Shown here in pieces: positions 23,425 to 31,490 of a stretch of DNA of 36,493 nucleotides. Made by a program: the position numbers and the translations under genes. Numbering within the stretch: the stretch's first letter is position 1; the number at the start of each line of letters is the position of its first letter. Under the pieces are notes generated by a model. It saw nothing but the letters and a program-made list of their open reading frames with translations. It did not search any database and was not told the DNA's origin. Location: the IMG/VR virus record IMGVR_UViG_3300021256_000040; one strand, 5' to 3'. This stretch comes from a virus.

Positions 23425-23565
23425 CTATTCTCCTCCTTCGTTCTTGCTCCAATCCAATTTCGTTCCACAAGTTGGACAGTAATTGCAATCTTCGACCTCG
23501 CTTAAAATTTCGAGGCAAACGGGGCATGTGTAATTAACCACAAATTCGCTACTTTCTTCTTTCAT
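23425..23565 (-). CDS. Small zinc-ribbon protein (46 aa, below the ORF-track cutoff)
   Basis: Hand translation gives MKEESSEFVVNYTCPVCLEILSEVEDCNYCPTCGTKLDWSKNEGGE, with two CxxC pairs. AGAGG lies 9 nt upstream. It exactly fills the gap between neighbouring genes. Confidence 0.65.
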   Translation of the reverse strand: MKEESSEFVVNYTCPVCLEILSEVEDCNYCPTCGTKLDWSKNEGGE

Positions 23566-23569
23566 ATTT

Positions 23570-23773
23570 TTAGCCTCTTTCATTTTCGTTCATGATTTCA
23601 ACTAGCTTTACAGTATACTTTTGTAAAACTTGTTTATTCACTCCGCTCAAATTCTCTAACATACTCCACAATCTTTCGTTCTGCTCTTTTAATTCTTTTG
23701 CTCTTTTGTCTCCAATGATATAATCCAACAAAAGGAATAATCCAAATACCACAAAATCAATCAGTAAATTCAT
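23570..23773 (-). CDS. Small membrane protein (67 aa)
   Basis: The ATG at 23773 has GGAGGA 6 nt upstream; the ORF-track start at 23812 is a GTG. The N-terminal hydrophobic helix is LLIDFVVFGLFLLLDYIIG. Confidence 0.6.
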   Translation of the reverse strand: MNLLIDFVVFGLFLLLDYIIGDKRAKELKEQNERLWSMLENLSGVNKQVLQKYTVKLVEIMNENERG

Positions 23774-23978
23774 TTTTCGTCCTCCGTTCTTCTTTCCTCT
23801 CGTATTTTTCACACCAATCTAATTTTGTTGTTGTATCTTGAACACGGTGTTCATCACGCAACAATTTACATATTCCTATATACGATTTCTTCAGTTTTGG
23901 CTTTTTTGAGAAAATAGATTTAGACTTTGTTACCAATGGATGGTAATACTTACAGTTTCCGCACTTATCAAAAATCAT
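23757..23978 (-). CDS. Hypothetical Cys-containing early protein (73 aa)
   Basis: ATGA coupling with the upstream gene. CGNCKYY ... GICK ... WCEKY pattern. Confidence 0.6.
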   Translation of the reverse strand: MIFDKCGNCKYYHPLVTKSKSIFSKKPKLKKSYIGICKLLRDEHRVQDTTTKLDWCEKYERKEERRTKNEFTD

Positions 23979-24574
23979 TCTTCAACCCCGAAAATGTATT
24001 TATTGATTTTGTCTTCTCCAATAAGATTAACGGCATTACTACAATCTTTGATAGAATCGAAGTATATTCTCCATCTTCCATCGTTATTATCCATATCATA
24101 ATTGTATCCAATAGAATTTTTGTTTGTCACAGAAACTCCAAAATAGATATACCAATTTCGTTCTCCCTTTTTGAAGTTTCTCCTTCCACCAAGACGTAAC
24201 ATTTCAGTCTCTACTTTTCTTCGTTCAATTTCGTCTTGTGCTTCTTCTTTAGTCAAGAAGCAGTTTCCTAATGCCATGTAATTTATATCATCTGTATCAT
24301 CTAAAAACATAACGCTACGCACATTCATAACATCATAATCAATTACATAATATGTATCTCCTTCTTTCAAATCCCATACACTTTTAGGTTTCTCCACATA
24401 TGGGGATAAATACGACTCTGTGAAAATACCTGACTCTCCTTTATCACAACTAACATCATACCAATATTCATCTTCAGCAAAATGATAACTGTCAGCCTGT
24501 ATCACATTACCTACATGACCTTTTTTATCTATTACTTTGTCTCCAACGTTAAACTTTGGCTCCTTGATTTCCAT
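23975..24574 (-). CDS. Hypothetical early protein (199 aa)
   Basis: ATG with TGAGGT 8 nt upstream and coherent coding character. No family recognised. Confidence 0.68.
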   Translation of the reverse strand: MEIKEPKFNVGDKVIDKKGHVGNVIQADSYHFAEDEYWYDVSCDKGESGIFTESYLSPYVEKPKSVWDLKEGDTYYVIDYDVMNVRSVMFLDDTDDINYMALGNCFLTKEEAQDEIERRKVETEMLRLGGRRNFKKGERNWYIYFGVSVTNKNSIGYNYDMDNNDGRWRIYFDSIKDCSNAVNLIGEDKINKYIFGVEE

Positions 24575-24770
24575 ATTTCTTTACCTCAACATATCCCTTA
24601 AATCCGTATTCTTCTAATGTGTCAATAAATAACTTTGCCATTTCATCATTGTTGAAACTAGCTACTTTGATAATTTTATTTCCTTTTTGAACAGCCAATA
24701 CTGGCTTTTTCCGTTTGAACAACTTTAGGCATTCGTTGCCACTGATTATAGTTAAAATTGTTTCTTCCAA
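24549..24770 (-). CDS. Hypothetical early protein (73 aa, TTG start)
   Basis: The TTG at 24770 is preceded by AAGGAG 8 nt upstream. Confidence 0.55.
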   Translation of the reverse strand: MEETILTIISGNECLKLFKRKKPVLAVQKGNKIIKVASFNNDEMAKLFIDTLEEYGFKGYVEVKKYGNQGAKV

Positions 24771-24827
24771 AATTTAGTCTCCTTTATGATTTGTTCCAAC
24801 ATTTTTTATTTATTTTTCTAATTTAAA

Positions 24828-25493
24828 TCACAAATATCTCAAATCATACATTGGATTTTTTACACTTCCTTTAAGATAGCTATTTAATGTTGATTCAGCC
24901 AAATATAAATCTTTTGAACATTGTTTTTCTGAATCATATTTTTTTATTAATTTATCTTGATCAAAAAGTCCGACTTGCTTTTTTGCAACTGAATATCTTT
25001 CATATTTTGATTTTATTTTTATTTTTGTTATATCGAATGTATCACTCTCTATCGTCACCCAATCATCATCGGTGGCACCTAAAAAATGTTTAGCATACAT
25101 TGTAACGGCATTTATACATTTTTGTTTTATGCAAACGTAAAATACAATATTTTTATAGCCATGGCTTTTAATCACTCTTTTATATACCTTTAACTCTTTT
25201 CGGGCTTTTTTGCTATATCTAATAAATTTACCATCTGATCTGATATACCATTTAAAACTAAACCTATCGCTTTCGGCTAAAAGATGTTCGACTAATCCAT
25301 CATTATTATCATCTTCAACTTCTACTAAAATGCATCCTTTGTATTCTTTTGAATATGTCAGAAAATTATTAAATTGCCATGGCAATAACCCCAATTCATC
25401 CATTACATGTTGAGCTGTTACGATGCCTTTTACATTTGTTATGTCATTTTTGTCAAGCATGTAAAATTCTTTGTTTGGATTTTTACTATTCAT
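24828..25493 (-). CDS. Homing-endonuclease-like DNA-binding protein, apparently lacking catalytic residues
   Basis: 221 aa in the most AT-rich gene of the early region. The middle (HGYKNIVFYVCIKQKCINAVTMYAKHFLG) resembles the NUMOD4/HNH_3 scaffold. The C-terminus (VGLFDQDKLIKKYDSEKQCSKDLYLAESTLNSYLKG) resembles a NUMOD1/IENR1-type HTH. I could not find the HNH His/Asn motif. Confidence 0.4.
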   Translation of the reverse strand: MNSKNPNKEFYMLDKNDITNVKGIVTAQHVMDELGLLPWQFNNFLTYSKEYKGCILVEVEDDNNDGLVEHLLAESDRFSFKWYIRSDGKFIRYSKKARKELKVYKRVIKSHGYKNIVFYVCIKQKCINAVTMYAKHFLGATDDDWVTIESDTFDITKIKIKSKYERYSVAKKQVGLFDQDKLIKKYDSEKQCSKDLYLAESTLNSYLKGSVKNPMYDLRYL

Positions 25494-25680
25494 AGTATTT
25501 ATTGTCCTCTTTTGGTGCTTTGTACTTCTTCATCCATCGTCTGTAGCATGTGTAACTGCAAAAATATATTACCTTTCCACAATCTTCCGTCTTATACACC
25601 CAATCGCGTTTTAGGCTAGATATAATCTTGCTTTTTCCGCAATATGCACAGTCGATGTTTTCAAATTCTTGAATCTGCAT
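25486..25680 (-). CDS. Small zinc-finger-like protein (64 aa)
   Basis: MQIQEFENIDCAYCGK ... CGKVIYFCSYTCYRRW. The start was chosen at the ATG at 25680. The longer ORF-track version would overlap the upstream gene by 95 nt, so the start is uncertain. Confidence 0.55.
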   Translation of the reverse strand: MQIQEFENIDCAYCGKSKIISSLKRDWVYKTEDCGKVIYFCSYTCYRRWMKKYKAPKEDNKYYE

Positions 25681-25861
25681 TTTTATACGTTCCATCATCG
25701 GGTTCATATTTGATATCCAAATCTTCAAATGCCTTTGATCCAAGTCCATTATCACAAATCGCTTTTATCTTGCATCCCGAGCAATTTCTGATTGTTGCTT
25801 CACAATAGTTTTTGAGCACAGAAAGCAGTACATATTCATTCAAATCATTTGTCTTGATCAT
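25661..25861 (-). CDS. Hypothetical Cys-containing early protein (66 aa)
   Basis: The ATG at 25861 has GAGGAA 5 nt upstream; the ORF-track start at 25906 is a TTG. Contains a CSGCKIKAIC motif. Confidence 0.55.
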   Translation of the reverse strand: MIKTNDLNEYVLLSVLKNYCEATIRNCSGCKIKAICDNGLGSKAFEDLDIKYEPDDGTYKNADSRI

Positions 25862-25939
25862 TGTTTCCTCACTTTCTCCGACACACGACAGATCGCCGAT
25901 TTGCAATATTTGACGTTTTCATTTTTTTCTCCTCTCAAA

Positions 25940-26350
25940 TTAATATTCAACAATATAGGTGCCGCCAAGAACGACGCAATCCTCGATTCGTGCCTCGAAT
26001 TTCGGATAAGCAGCGAGCGGTTCGTTGGCCCTTAAAATAAGGTTCGCAATTTTGCGGTCACGAACTCCGTTAAATCGCACCCCGTCTGTCAGATAGACAG
26101 GATAGACACTTCCGAAGACATAGTTGCCTTCATCAGATTCCTCGCCATCCAAGCGGAAGCGTCCCCTCATGCCGTCGCCGTCAAGAACCGGATCCCGCCT
26201 GGCCCAGAAGGAGCCATAAACCATATCCGGAAAGTCTTCCTTCCGTTCAGCAGTCGTGTTAATCCAACCGCGGAATTGCACCCTGTGGCCGTCAACATGG
26301 AACTCATGTTCCAGCCACCACTTTTTCATAAACATTTTTTTCATAAACAT
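25940..26350 (-). CDS. Hypothetical 136-aa protein encoded by a GC-rich island
   Basis: The ATG at 26350 has AAGGAG 6 nt upstream; the ORF-track start at 26371 is a TTG. Hand counts give 30/60 GC for 26101..26160 and 38/60 for 26161..26220, against AT-rich flanks. No family recognised. Confidence 0.7.
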   Translation of the reverse strand: MFMKKMFMKKWWLEHEFHVDGHRVQFRGWINTTAERKEDFPDMVYGSFWARRDPVLDGDGMRGRFRLDGEESDEGNYVFGSVYPVYLTDGVRFNGVRDRKIANLILRANEPLAAYPKFEARIEDCVVLGGTYIVEY

Positions 26351-26573
26351 TGTTTTCTCCTTTGTCTTCAATCAATCCTTTTGTAATCTTAATTGCTTTT
26401 TCTGCAATCCTTGCTGTTTCATCTACACCAAAATTGATTGTCATCAGTTCGATAAGTAATTCACTAAATTGCTTTGAAAGTTCAAAACTTTGCTGTGATT
26501 GTTTCAATGCATTAGTCATAACTTTGTGAGTGTAGAATTGATCTTCCATTTGCTTTTCAACTGTATTTTTCAT
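26304..26573 (-). CDS. Hypothetical helical early protein (89 aa)
   Basis: ATG with ATGA coupling to the upstream gene. Its 3' end overlaps the next gene by 47 nt and reads through the 15-bp tandem duplication as NVYEK NVYEK. Confidence 0.6.
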   Translation of the reverse strand: MKNTVEKQMEDQFYTHKVMTNALKQSQQSFELSKQFSELLIELMTINFGVDETARIAEKAIKITKGLIEDKGENNVYEKNVYEKVVAGT

Positions 26574-26821
26574 TGTTTTTCCTCCGCATCTTGTTTTAAT
26601 TTTTGGATTTTTTTCAATGCTTTTTGTTTTTTGTTTGGGTCAATGTTAGTGATGGCTTGTAAAGCTTTTTCTATACCTCGCCAAAATACCCACTCGTTTT
26701 CAGGCATCGGAACTCCATATTTTTTGCAGTATTTTTTTATGGTTTTTGAATCACAACTTAGAAGAGCTTTATTCCTTTCTTTGACAAATTGTTTGATTGC
26801 TTTATCATTTGTAGAATTCAT
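26570..26821 (-). CDS. Hypothetical early protein (83 aa)
   Basis: ATG at 26821; the ORF-track start at 26827 is a GTG. KKYCKKYGVPMPENEWVFWRGIEKA is a pattern I have seen in other Firmicutes phage early proteins. Confidence 0.6.
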   Translation of the reverse strand: MNSTNDKAIKQFVKERNKALLSCDSKTIKKYCKKYGVPMPENEWVFWRGIEKALQAITNIDPNKKQKALKKIQKLKQDAEEKQ

Positions 26822-26826
26822 TTTCA

Positions 26827-27090
26827 CTACTCACTTTCTTTAATCAATTTATCTATCTGTCCGGACAACACAAGACATGTGGCTTCGATTATTATCGACC
26901 ACTCAAGTGGCTGTAATTCGTCAAAAGAAATGTCATTTTTGTTTCCTCTTTGTCCGGCAGTCATTTGTGTCATCATTTGCACAAGGTCATAGACATACTC
27001 TTTCAGAAGTTGCGGATTTCCTTTTTGTTTTCCCGTCATAAGGAATCGCCACATCGTATCTTTTAACCCATCAGCTGGATTAGTTTTCAT
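26827..27090 (-). CDS. Hypothetical early protein (87 aa)
   Basis: ATG at 27090; the ORF-track start at 27096 is a GTG overlapping the upstream stop. Confidence 0.55.
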   Translation of the reverse strand: MKTNPADGLKDTMWRFLMTGKQKGNPQLLKEYVYDLVQMMTQMTAGQRGNKNDISFDELQPLEWSIIIEATCLVLSGQIDKLIKESE

Positions 27091-27092
27091 CG

Positions 27093-27248
27093 TCACATTC
27101 CGTCTCTTTCCGTCTCATTTGCGTCACAATTTTCATATCTGTCGCCATCTTCAGGCTCATAGTTTGGACTTCTCCAGTCCAGTGAATCCATTGATTCACG
27201 CTGTTGTTCGATGCGGTCAAGCTCCGCATCTGTGATTATTCCGTACAT
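27093..27248 (-). CDS. Small acidic protein (51 aa, below the ORF-track cutoff)
   Basis: Hand translation gives MYGIITDAELDRIEQQRESMDSLDWRSPNYEPEDGDRYENCDANETERDGM. GGAGG lies 6 nt upstream of the ATG at 27248. Confidence 0.6.
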   Translation of the reverse strand: MYGIITDAELDRIEQQRESMDSLDWRSPNYEPEDGDRYENCDANETERDGM

Positions 27249-27464
27249 TTTTTACCTCCGTAAATGCAATTTTAACGTCTTCGTCATCATACATACGTAT
27301 ATTTCCTTTCAATTTTCGAATGCATGGAATGCAAGTAATTTTCAACTCCTCTTCTTCTATATATATATTTTTTTATATTGATTTTTCTATGTAACTAGAA
27401 TATTAGAATTACCATACATACCATACATAAAACATACTTAATTTGACATAAATAATGTCTATTT

Positions 27465-29966
27465 TTATTTTTCTAAGTTTAAATAAACCATACTTTTTGA
27501 TTTTCTTACTTTTTTGATGTTGCGACCTGCTCTTGCAAATTCTTTTTCGATTCGCTTGAAGAATGTTTCTTTTGAAAGCATGAATCGCATATTGTAGCCC
27601 TTGTCTGGATACCATCTCGAATACAATTCATACAACTGAGTTGATGTAATTTCGTCATGCTCATATGCTGACGAATTTCTATCAATGGCGAAGCAAAAAT
27701 CAAACTCGCATGCAAATACATACAAATGGTTTCCTGCGCCTTTCAAATCATTGTCGGCATTGCGGTCTGTTGGAATGGTCGAATATTTCATGCCGTTCAT
27801 AACGATTCTCGTATATCCTTCAAGCGCTCGATTTAGCACATAACTAAGCCCTGTAGGCGTACAAATTTTATCCATGATATTTTTATCCGCCATGAATACA
27901 TTGACGTTATTCACATCGTTTTCGTTTGTCGTGAACGTGTTGTATAAGTAATGCGTCGTCCCAAAAAAGCGCCTTAACCAACCATCTGATTTGTCTTGTG
28001 GATGGAACATATCATTTGCATCAATGAATACACTTGCAATTGGAATGAACGTCACTGGTTGGTGATTTTTGACATTAGTACTTATTGAGTTGTTATCGAT
28101 TATGGCTTTGAATGTCGATTCAGATTCATACGTATCTGATTTTGGATCGTGGATGAAATTAACCCGCTTTCCAATAAGCTCTTGCAATCGAAATTCTTTG
28201 GACATTGAATACAAAGGAATTGAGCACCATAATGATTCATCAAGCATGTGTTCAACGATTTCATTTAGTTTGGTCTTGCCGTTTGAACCGTCACCAACCC
28301 ACATGATAGCTTTTGACTCGACATTTTTCTCAATGAAGATGCTGCCTAGATACTCGTGGTATCGCATGATCATGTTTTCTTCTCCGGAAGGATGATTTAC
28401 AAATATCTTGTGCAAAAATTCATCGTAATCCGGATTTTTCGCGTTTGGATCGTAATCAAAACCAAGGCAATATGTGCAATAGTCTTCTTTGCTATGGCTT
28501 TTCTTGAACTTCCAACACTCTGCTACATTTGATGTATCAAAATAAATCGTTCCGTTGTTGACGTTCAAACATGGTTTGGTATTCGGTTTTGCTCCTACTC
28601 GATCGGCACTTTGAATCCGTATTTTTTCAAACACCGCTCGCTCCTCTGTTGCACGCAAATCAGACATTTTTTGAAAAGACTGGCGAAGTATGATTTCATC
28701 GATTGGTTCCCAATATTTTCCGTTGAATTGGTAGAACATGCCTAAATCTTTGTAATACCATAAATCATATTGATACGCCTTTATGAATTCGTGTGCATAC
28801 TCTTGTTGCGTCTTACCTCGCTTTAACATTTTTAACAAATCTTTTTTGTCTTCACCTGTGTAGTTTTCTTCAATGAATTCCTTTACCGATTGTTTTGCTT
28901 TTCGTTTGAGGTATGGTGCCATTGGATAAATATATTCATATAAGTCATCATATGTATCGTGACTTTTTAGCAGTGTTTTCACTCCATCATAAGAGTGTTT
29001 CTGCTTTAACTGGTCCGGAAACAGTCCGGCACAATATGCATCGGATATGTCTTTTATTTTTTTACCATTGTACTCATTCGGAATGATTACAAATTTGAAC
29101 GGGATGCCGTATTTGAATAGCAGTTCTGCCATTTTATGTGCAAAGCCTTCACCGGATTTGTCATTGTCGAAACATACATAAACGCATTTGTAATCCTGTG
29201 CAATTCGTACAACTTCAAGCATGTGCTTGTTGCTCATGCCTGTCGCATTGCATAGTACTGTTTCACCGAATTCCCATAAACTGGCAAAATCAAATACTCC
29301 TTCTGCAATCCATAGTGTGTCGTTTCCGCGCTTGAGCGTTTCCTCACCATACATTTCATTTTCTCGATATGAACTGAATGACAACGAAGGCTTTTTGTAT
29401 TTCGGATAGTCTTTCGAAATTTTTGAATCATCAAAAGCACGTGCACAGTAGTAGATTGGATTGCCACTTTTCCAAACGGGGATAATGATACGGTCTGCAT
29501 ATGGATCATATCCGCATTTGTAAGCATCAATAAATTTGTCACTGATGTGACGGTTGTAAAAGTACTGTCGATGCTTTGGCTCTAAGTTTTTATGAAATTG
29601 CTCAACGTTTTTTTTGAGCCGTTCCATATCCGTGACATACTTTTCATATTCTTCTTTTTGTTCATCAGACGTGCCAATGTTCAATCGATGCATCAACGAT
29701 TTGAAAGCTTGTGCATTGTCACCTTTGAATTTAAGCCACGCATACATTGATATGACATCACCGCTCATTTTGCTTGAATGGCAATACCATGAATCTCCCC
29801 AAATCTGCATTGATGTTGGGTTTGAACCTTCGTGAGTCCATGAATAAGTGCGATACGATTCACCATCGGCCTGTTTTGTTGCATCGAGATTAAATTCTTG
29901 CATCAAATCGAAGCAGTTTATTTTTTCTTTAATCAGAGCTGCTACTCTCGATTTCTTGTTTTTCAT
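27465..29966 (-). CDS. DNA primase-helicase (DnaG-type Toprim domain fused to a D5/P4-type SF3 helicase domain)
   Basis: Toprim motifs LWIAEGVFD and CFDNDKSGEG. The Walker A is VGDGSNGKTKL, in a P4-family primase C-terminal context. AAAGGGGA RBS. The N-terminal region WYCHSSKMSGDVISMY looks like a degenerate CHC2 zinc finger. Confidence 0.9.
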   Translation of the reverse strand: MKNKKSRVAALIKEKINCFDLMQEFNLDATKQADGESYRTYSWTHEGSNPTSMQIWGDSWYCHSSKMSGDVISMYAWLKFKGDNAQAFKSLMHRLNIGTSDEQKEEYEKYVTDMERLKKNVEQFHKNLEPKHRQYFYNRHISDKFIDAYKCGYDPYADRIIIPVWKSGNPIYYCARAFDDSKISKDYPKYKKPSLSFSSYRENEMYGEETLKRGNDTLWIAEGVFDFASLWEFGETVLCNATGMSNKHMLEVVRIAQDYKCVYVCFDNDKSGEGFAHKMAELLFKYGIPFKFVIIPNEYNGKKIKDISDAYCAGLFPDQLKQKHSYDGVKTLLKSHDTYDDLYEYIYPMAPYLKRKAKQSVKEFIEENYTGEDKKDLLKMLKRGKTQQEYAHEFIKAYQYDLWYYKDLGMFYQFNGKYWEPIDEIILRQSFQKMSDLRATEERAVFEKIRIQSADRVGAKPNTKPCLNVNNGTIYFDTSNVAECWKFKKSHSKEDYCTYCLGFDYDPNAKNPDYDEFLHKIFVNHPSGEENMIMRYHEYLGSIFIEKNVESKAIMWVGDGSNGKTKLNEIVEHMLDESLWCSIPLYSMSKEFRLQELIGKRVNFIHDPKSDTYESESTFKAIIDNNSISTNVKNHQPVTFIPIASVFIDANDMFHPQDKSDGWLRRFFGTTHYLYNTFTTNENDVNNVNVFMADKNIMDKICTPTGLSYVLNRALEGYTRIVMNGMKYSTIPTDRNADNDLKGAGNHLYVFACEFDFCFAIDRNSSAYEHDEITSTQLYELYSRWYPDKGYNMRFMLSKETFFKRIEKEFARAGRNIKKVRKSKSMVYLNLEK

Positions 29967-30441
29967 CGTATCCCCTTTCTAGAATCTCAACGATTCGATA
30001 TCCCGTTTGTGCCTTGCTGCAAAACACAAATTCAACGTCATAAACCATCTGCATGGTATTAAGTATCTTTATGAGCGTCTGACCAGTGGTCGCTTTTGGA
30101 GATACATTTAACCGCGGATTATGCCAAAAGCGTAAATCATCAATCGATTTGATTTGAGAGCTGTGTTCAACGAGTACGACCACATGAATACCAATCTGAT
30201 TGGCACGTTCAATCTCCGCTTTGAATCGGGCATGGTCACGTGTAACGTTGGATATCAATTCCTGTAAACTTTGCTTTCTATCAACAACCAAATACGGGTT
30301 GTCTATCAATTGATAATCGCCAACATATAGCTTTGAGCGGATTATTTGATATCCGCTCTTTTTTATCTGCTTGGTTAGCTTTTCAATCGCTTTCGGTTTC
30401 TCGCGCGTGTCAATTTGGATGATTTTAGAATGGCAATTCAT
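29929..30441 (-). CDS. ERCC4-type (XPF/Mus81-like) nuclease
   Basis: IQIDTRE ... VGDYQL ... VVDRKQSLQELISN matches the ERCC4 nuclease motif pattern (D.RE, GDY, ERK..DL). Confidence 0.78.
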   Translation of the reverse strand: MNCHSKIIQIDTREKPKAIEKLTKQIKKSGYQIIRSKLYVGDYQLIDNPYLVVDRKQSLQELISNVTRDHARFKAEIERANQIGIHVVVLVEHSSQIKSIDDLRFWHNPRLNVSPKATTGQTLIKILNTMQMVYDVEFVFCSKAQTGYRIVEILERGYDEKQEIESSSSD

Positions 30442-30985
30442 CGCTCGACAAATCTAGTGGCGCTTCCATTGATGCAGTTGGATTTGAACTTTCTACTGGT
30501 TTTTGGTCTTCGGGCAGCTTTTTCAATTCTGGAACTTTGAAGTCTTTGTTTCTGATTTTTTCAACTGGAACGATTGAGCGAACATACAATCTTGTTCGTA
30601 ATTCTCCAGCATGTGTTCCGCCTGTTGGAATATATTCTTCTTCACCTAATACAAGTCCTACTTTTAAACCTTTTAGAGCCGATTCATCCCAATTCCATAC
30701 AAATCCTTTGTTCGATTTTTCGACACCAACAATGAACGATTTGAACATAGATAAAGCTTTTTCTTTGTACGAACGATAGAATACACCGTTCCAATTGTTC
30801 CAACGTTTGTATTGTTCTCTGAAGTAGTCTTTAAATTCGCCTTCTACAATGTCGTATGAAATTTTCAAATACTCCTTATCGGCTACATCTTCTGCTCCAA
30901 AGATTTGTGCGATGTATCCGCCTGGAACTAATCGCTTAAAATCTTCGCTTTCTTTGACTTGATCAAAATTATTAATCTGTTTCAT
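30425..30985 (-). CDS. DUF669-type phage single-stranded DNA-binding protein
   Basis: 186 aa in the position typical of the Sak4/Gp157 module. The acidic C-terminal tail ends in SSDELPF, like SSB protein-interaction tails. Confidence 0.72.
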   Translation of the reverse strand: MKQINNFDQVKESEDFKRLVPGGYIAQIFGAEDVADKEYLKISYDIVEGEFKDYFREQYKRWNNWNGVFYRSYKEKALSMFKSFIVGVEKSNKGFVWNWDESALKGLKVGLVLGEEEYIPTGGTHAGELRTRLYVRSIVPVEKIRNKDFKVPELKKLPEDQKPVESSNPTASMEAPLDLSSDELPF

Positions 30986-30995
30986 CTATATCCTC

Positions 30996-31490
30996 CTATT
31001 TGATTGAAATGTTGTTGCTTGTGACTAAGCGAACTCCACTGATTTGTTCACCATTTTTGATTGACTGTGCGATTGTTTTCTTATTTGGCTTGATTGTCTC
31101 AATTCGTGTGATTAAATTTGGATCGTTTTTATCTGCCCAGCCGATGAACGCTTTATCATCGTAAATATCAACCTTGCTTGATTTGCGATATGAAATAGCT
31201 ACACGGCTTGTTTTGAATTTGTGTCCGTCCAAAATCTTATTCAAGTAATTCTTGAGTGATTCAGCTTTTCGCTCAGTTGCTTTTTTGCGAGCGTTCAAGT
31301 TGTCAATTTCATTCTTCAGAGCTTGCGACTCTGCTAATAAATCTTTTTGCCATAATGCAATTTGTTCAATCTTGTGGTCGCGCTCCATTTGCAAATTGTC
31401 CAATTCATCGATATTTAAGATTTCCCCTGTTTCGGTGTCTTCATCGAATTGAAAATCTTGAATAGCTTTGTCTAATTCGTATAAATTCAT
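30996..31490 (-). CDS. Siphovirus Gp157-family protein
   Basis: MNLYELDKAIQDF.. followed by a coiled coil, with a C-terminus typical of the Gp157 family. It is adjacent to the Sak4-like ATPase. Confidence 0.75.
   Translation of the reverse strand: MNLYELDKAIQDFQFDEDTETGEILNIDELDNLQMERDHKIEQIALWQKDLLAESQALKNEIDNLNARKKATERKAESLKNYLNKILDGHKFKTSRVAISYRKSSKVDIYDDKAFIGWADKNDPNLITRIETIKPNKKTIAQSIKNGEQISGVRLVTSNNISIK

Noticed and set aside
23423-23527. 35-codon N-terminal extension of dUTPase in the ORF track.
   Set aside because: The internal ATG at 23422 has a perfect GGAGGAG RBS and gives a normal-length dUTPase. The upstream space is better explained by a zinc-ribbon ORF in another frame.
27251-27380. 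Possible ~42-aa CxxC ORF (TTG start, MKITCIPCIRKLKG...) in the gap downstream of the primase-helicase gene.
   Set aside because: The GAGGAG is directly adjacent to the TTG with no spacer. The ORF ends by running out of frame into the next gene. The evidence is too weak to call.
27409-27721. ORFs 27409..27615 and 27506..27721 in alternative frames at the 3' end of the primase-helicase gene.
   Set aside because: They overlap the well-supported 833-aa gene in other frames. They have no RBS and implausible basic or low-complexity sequences.
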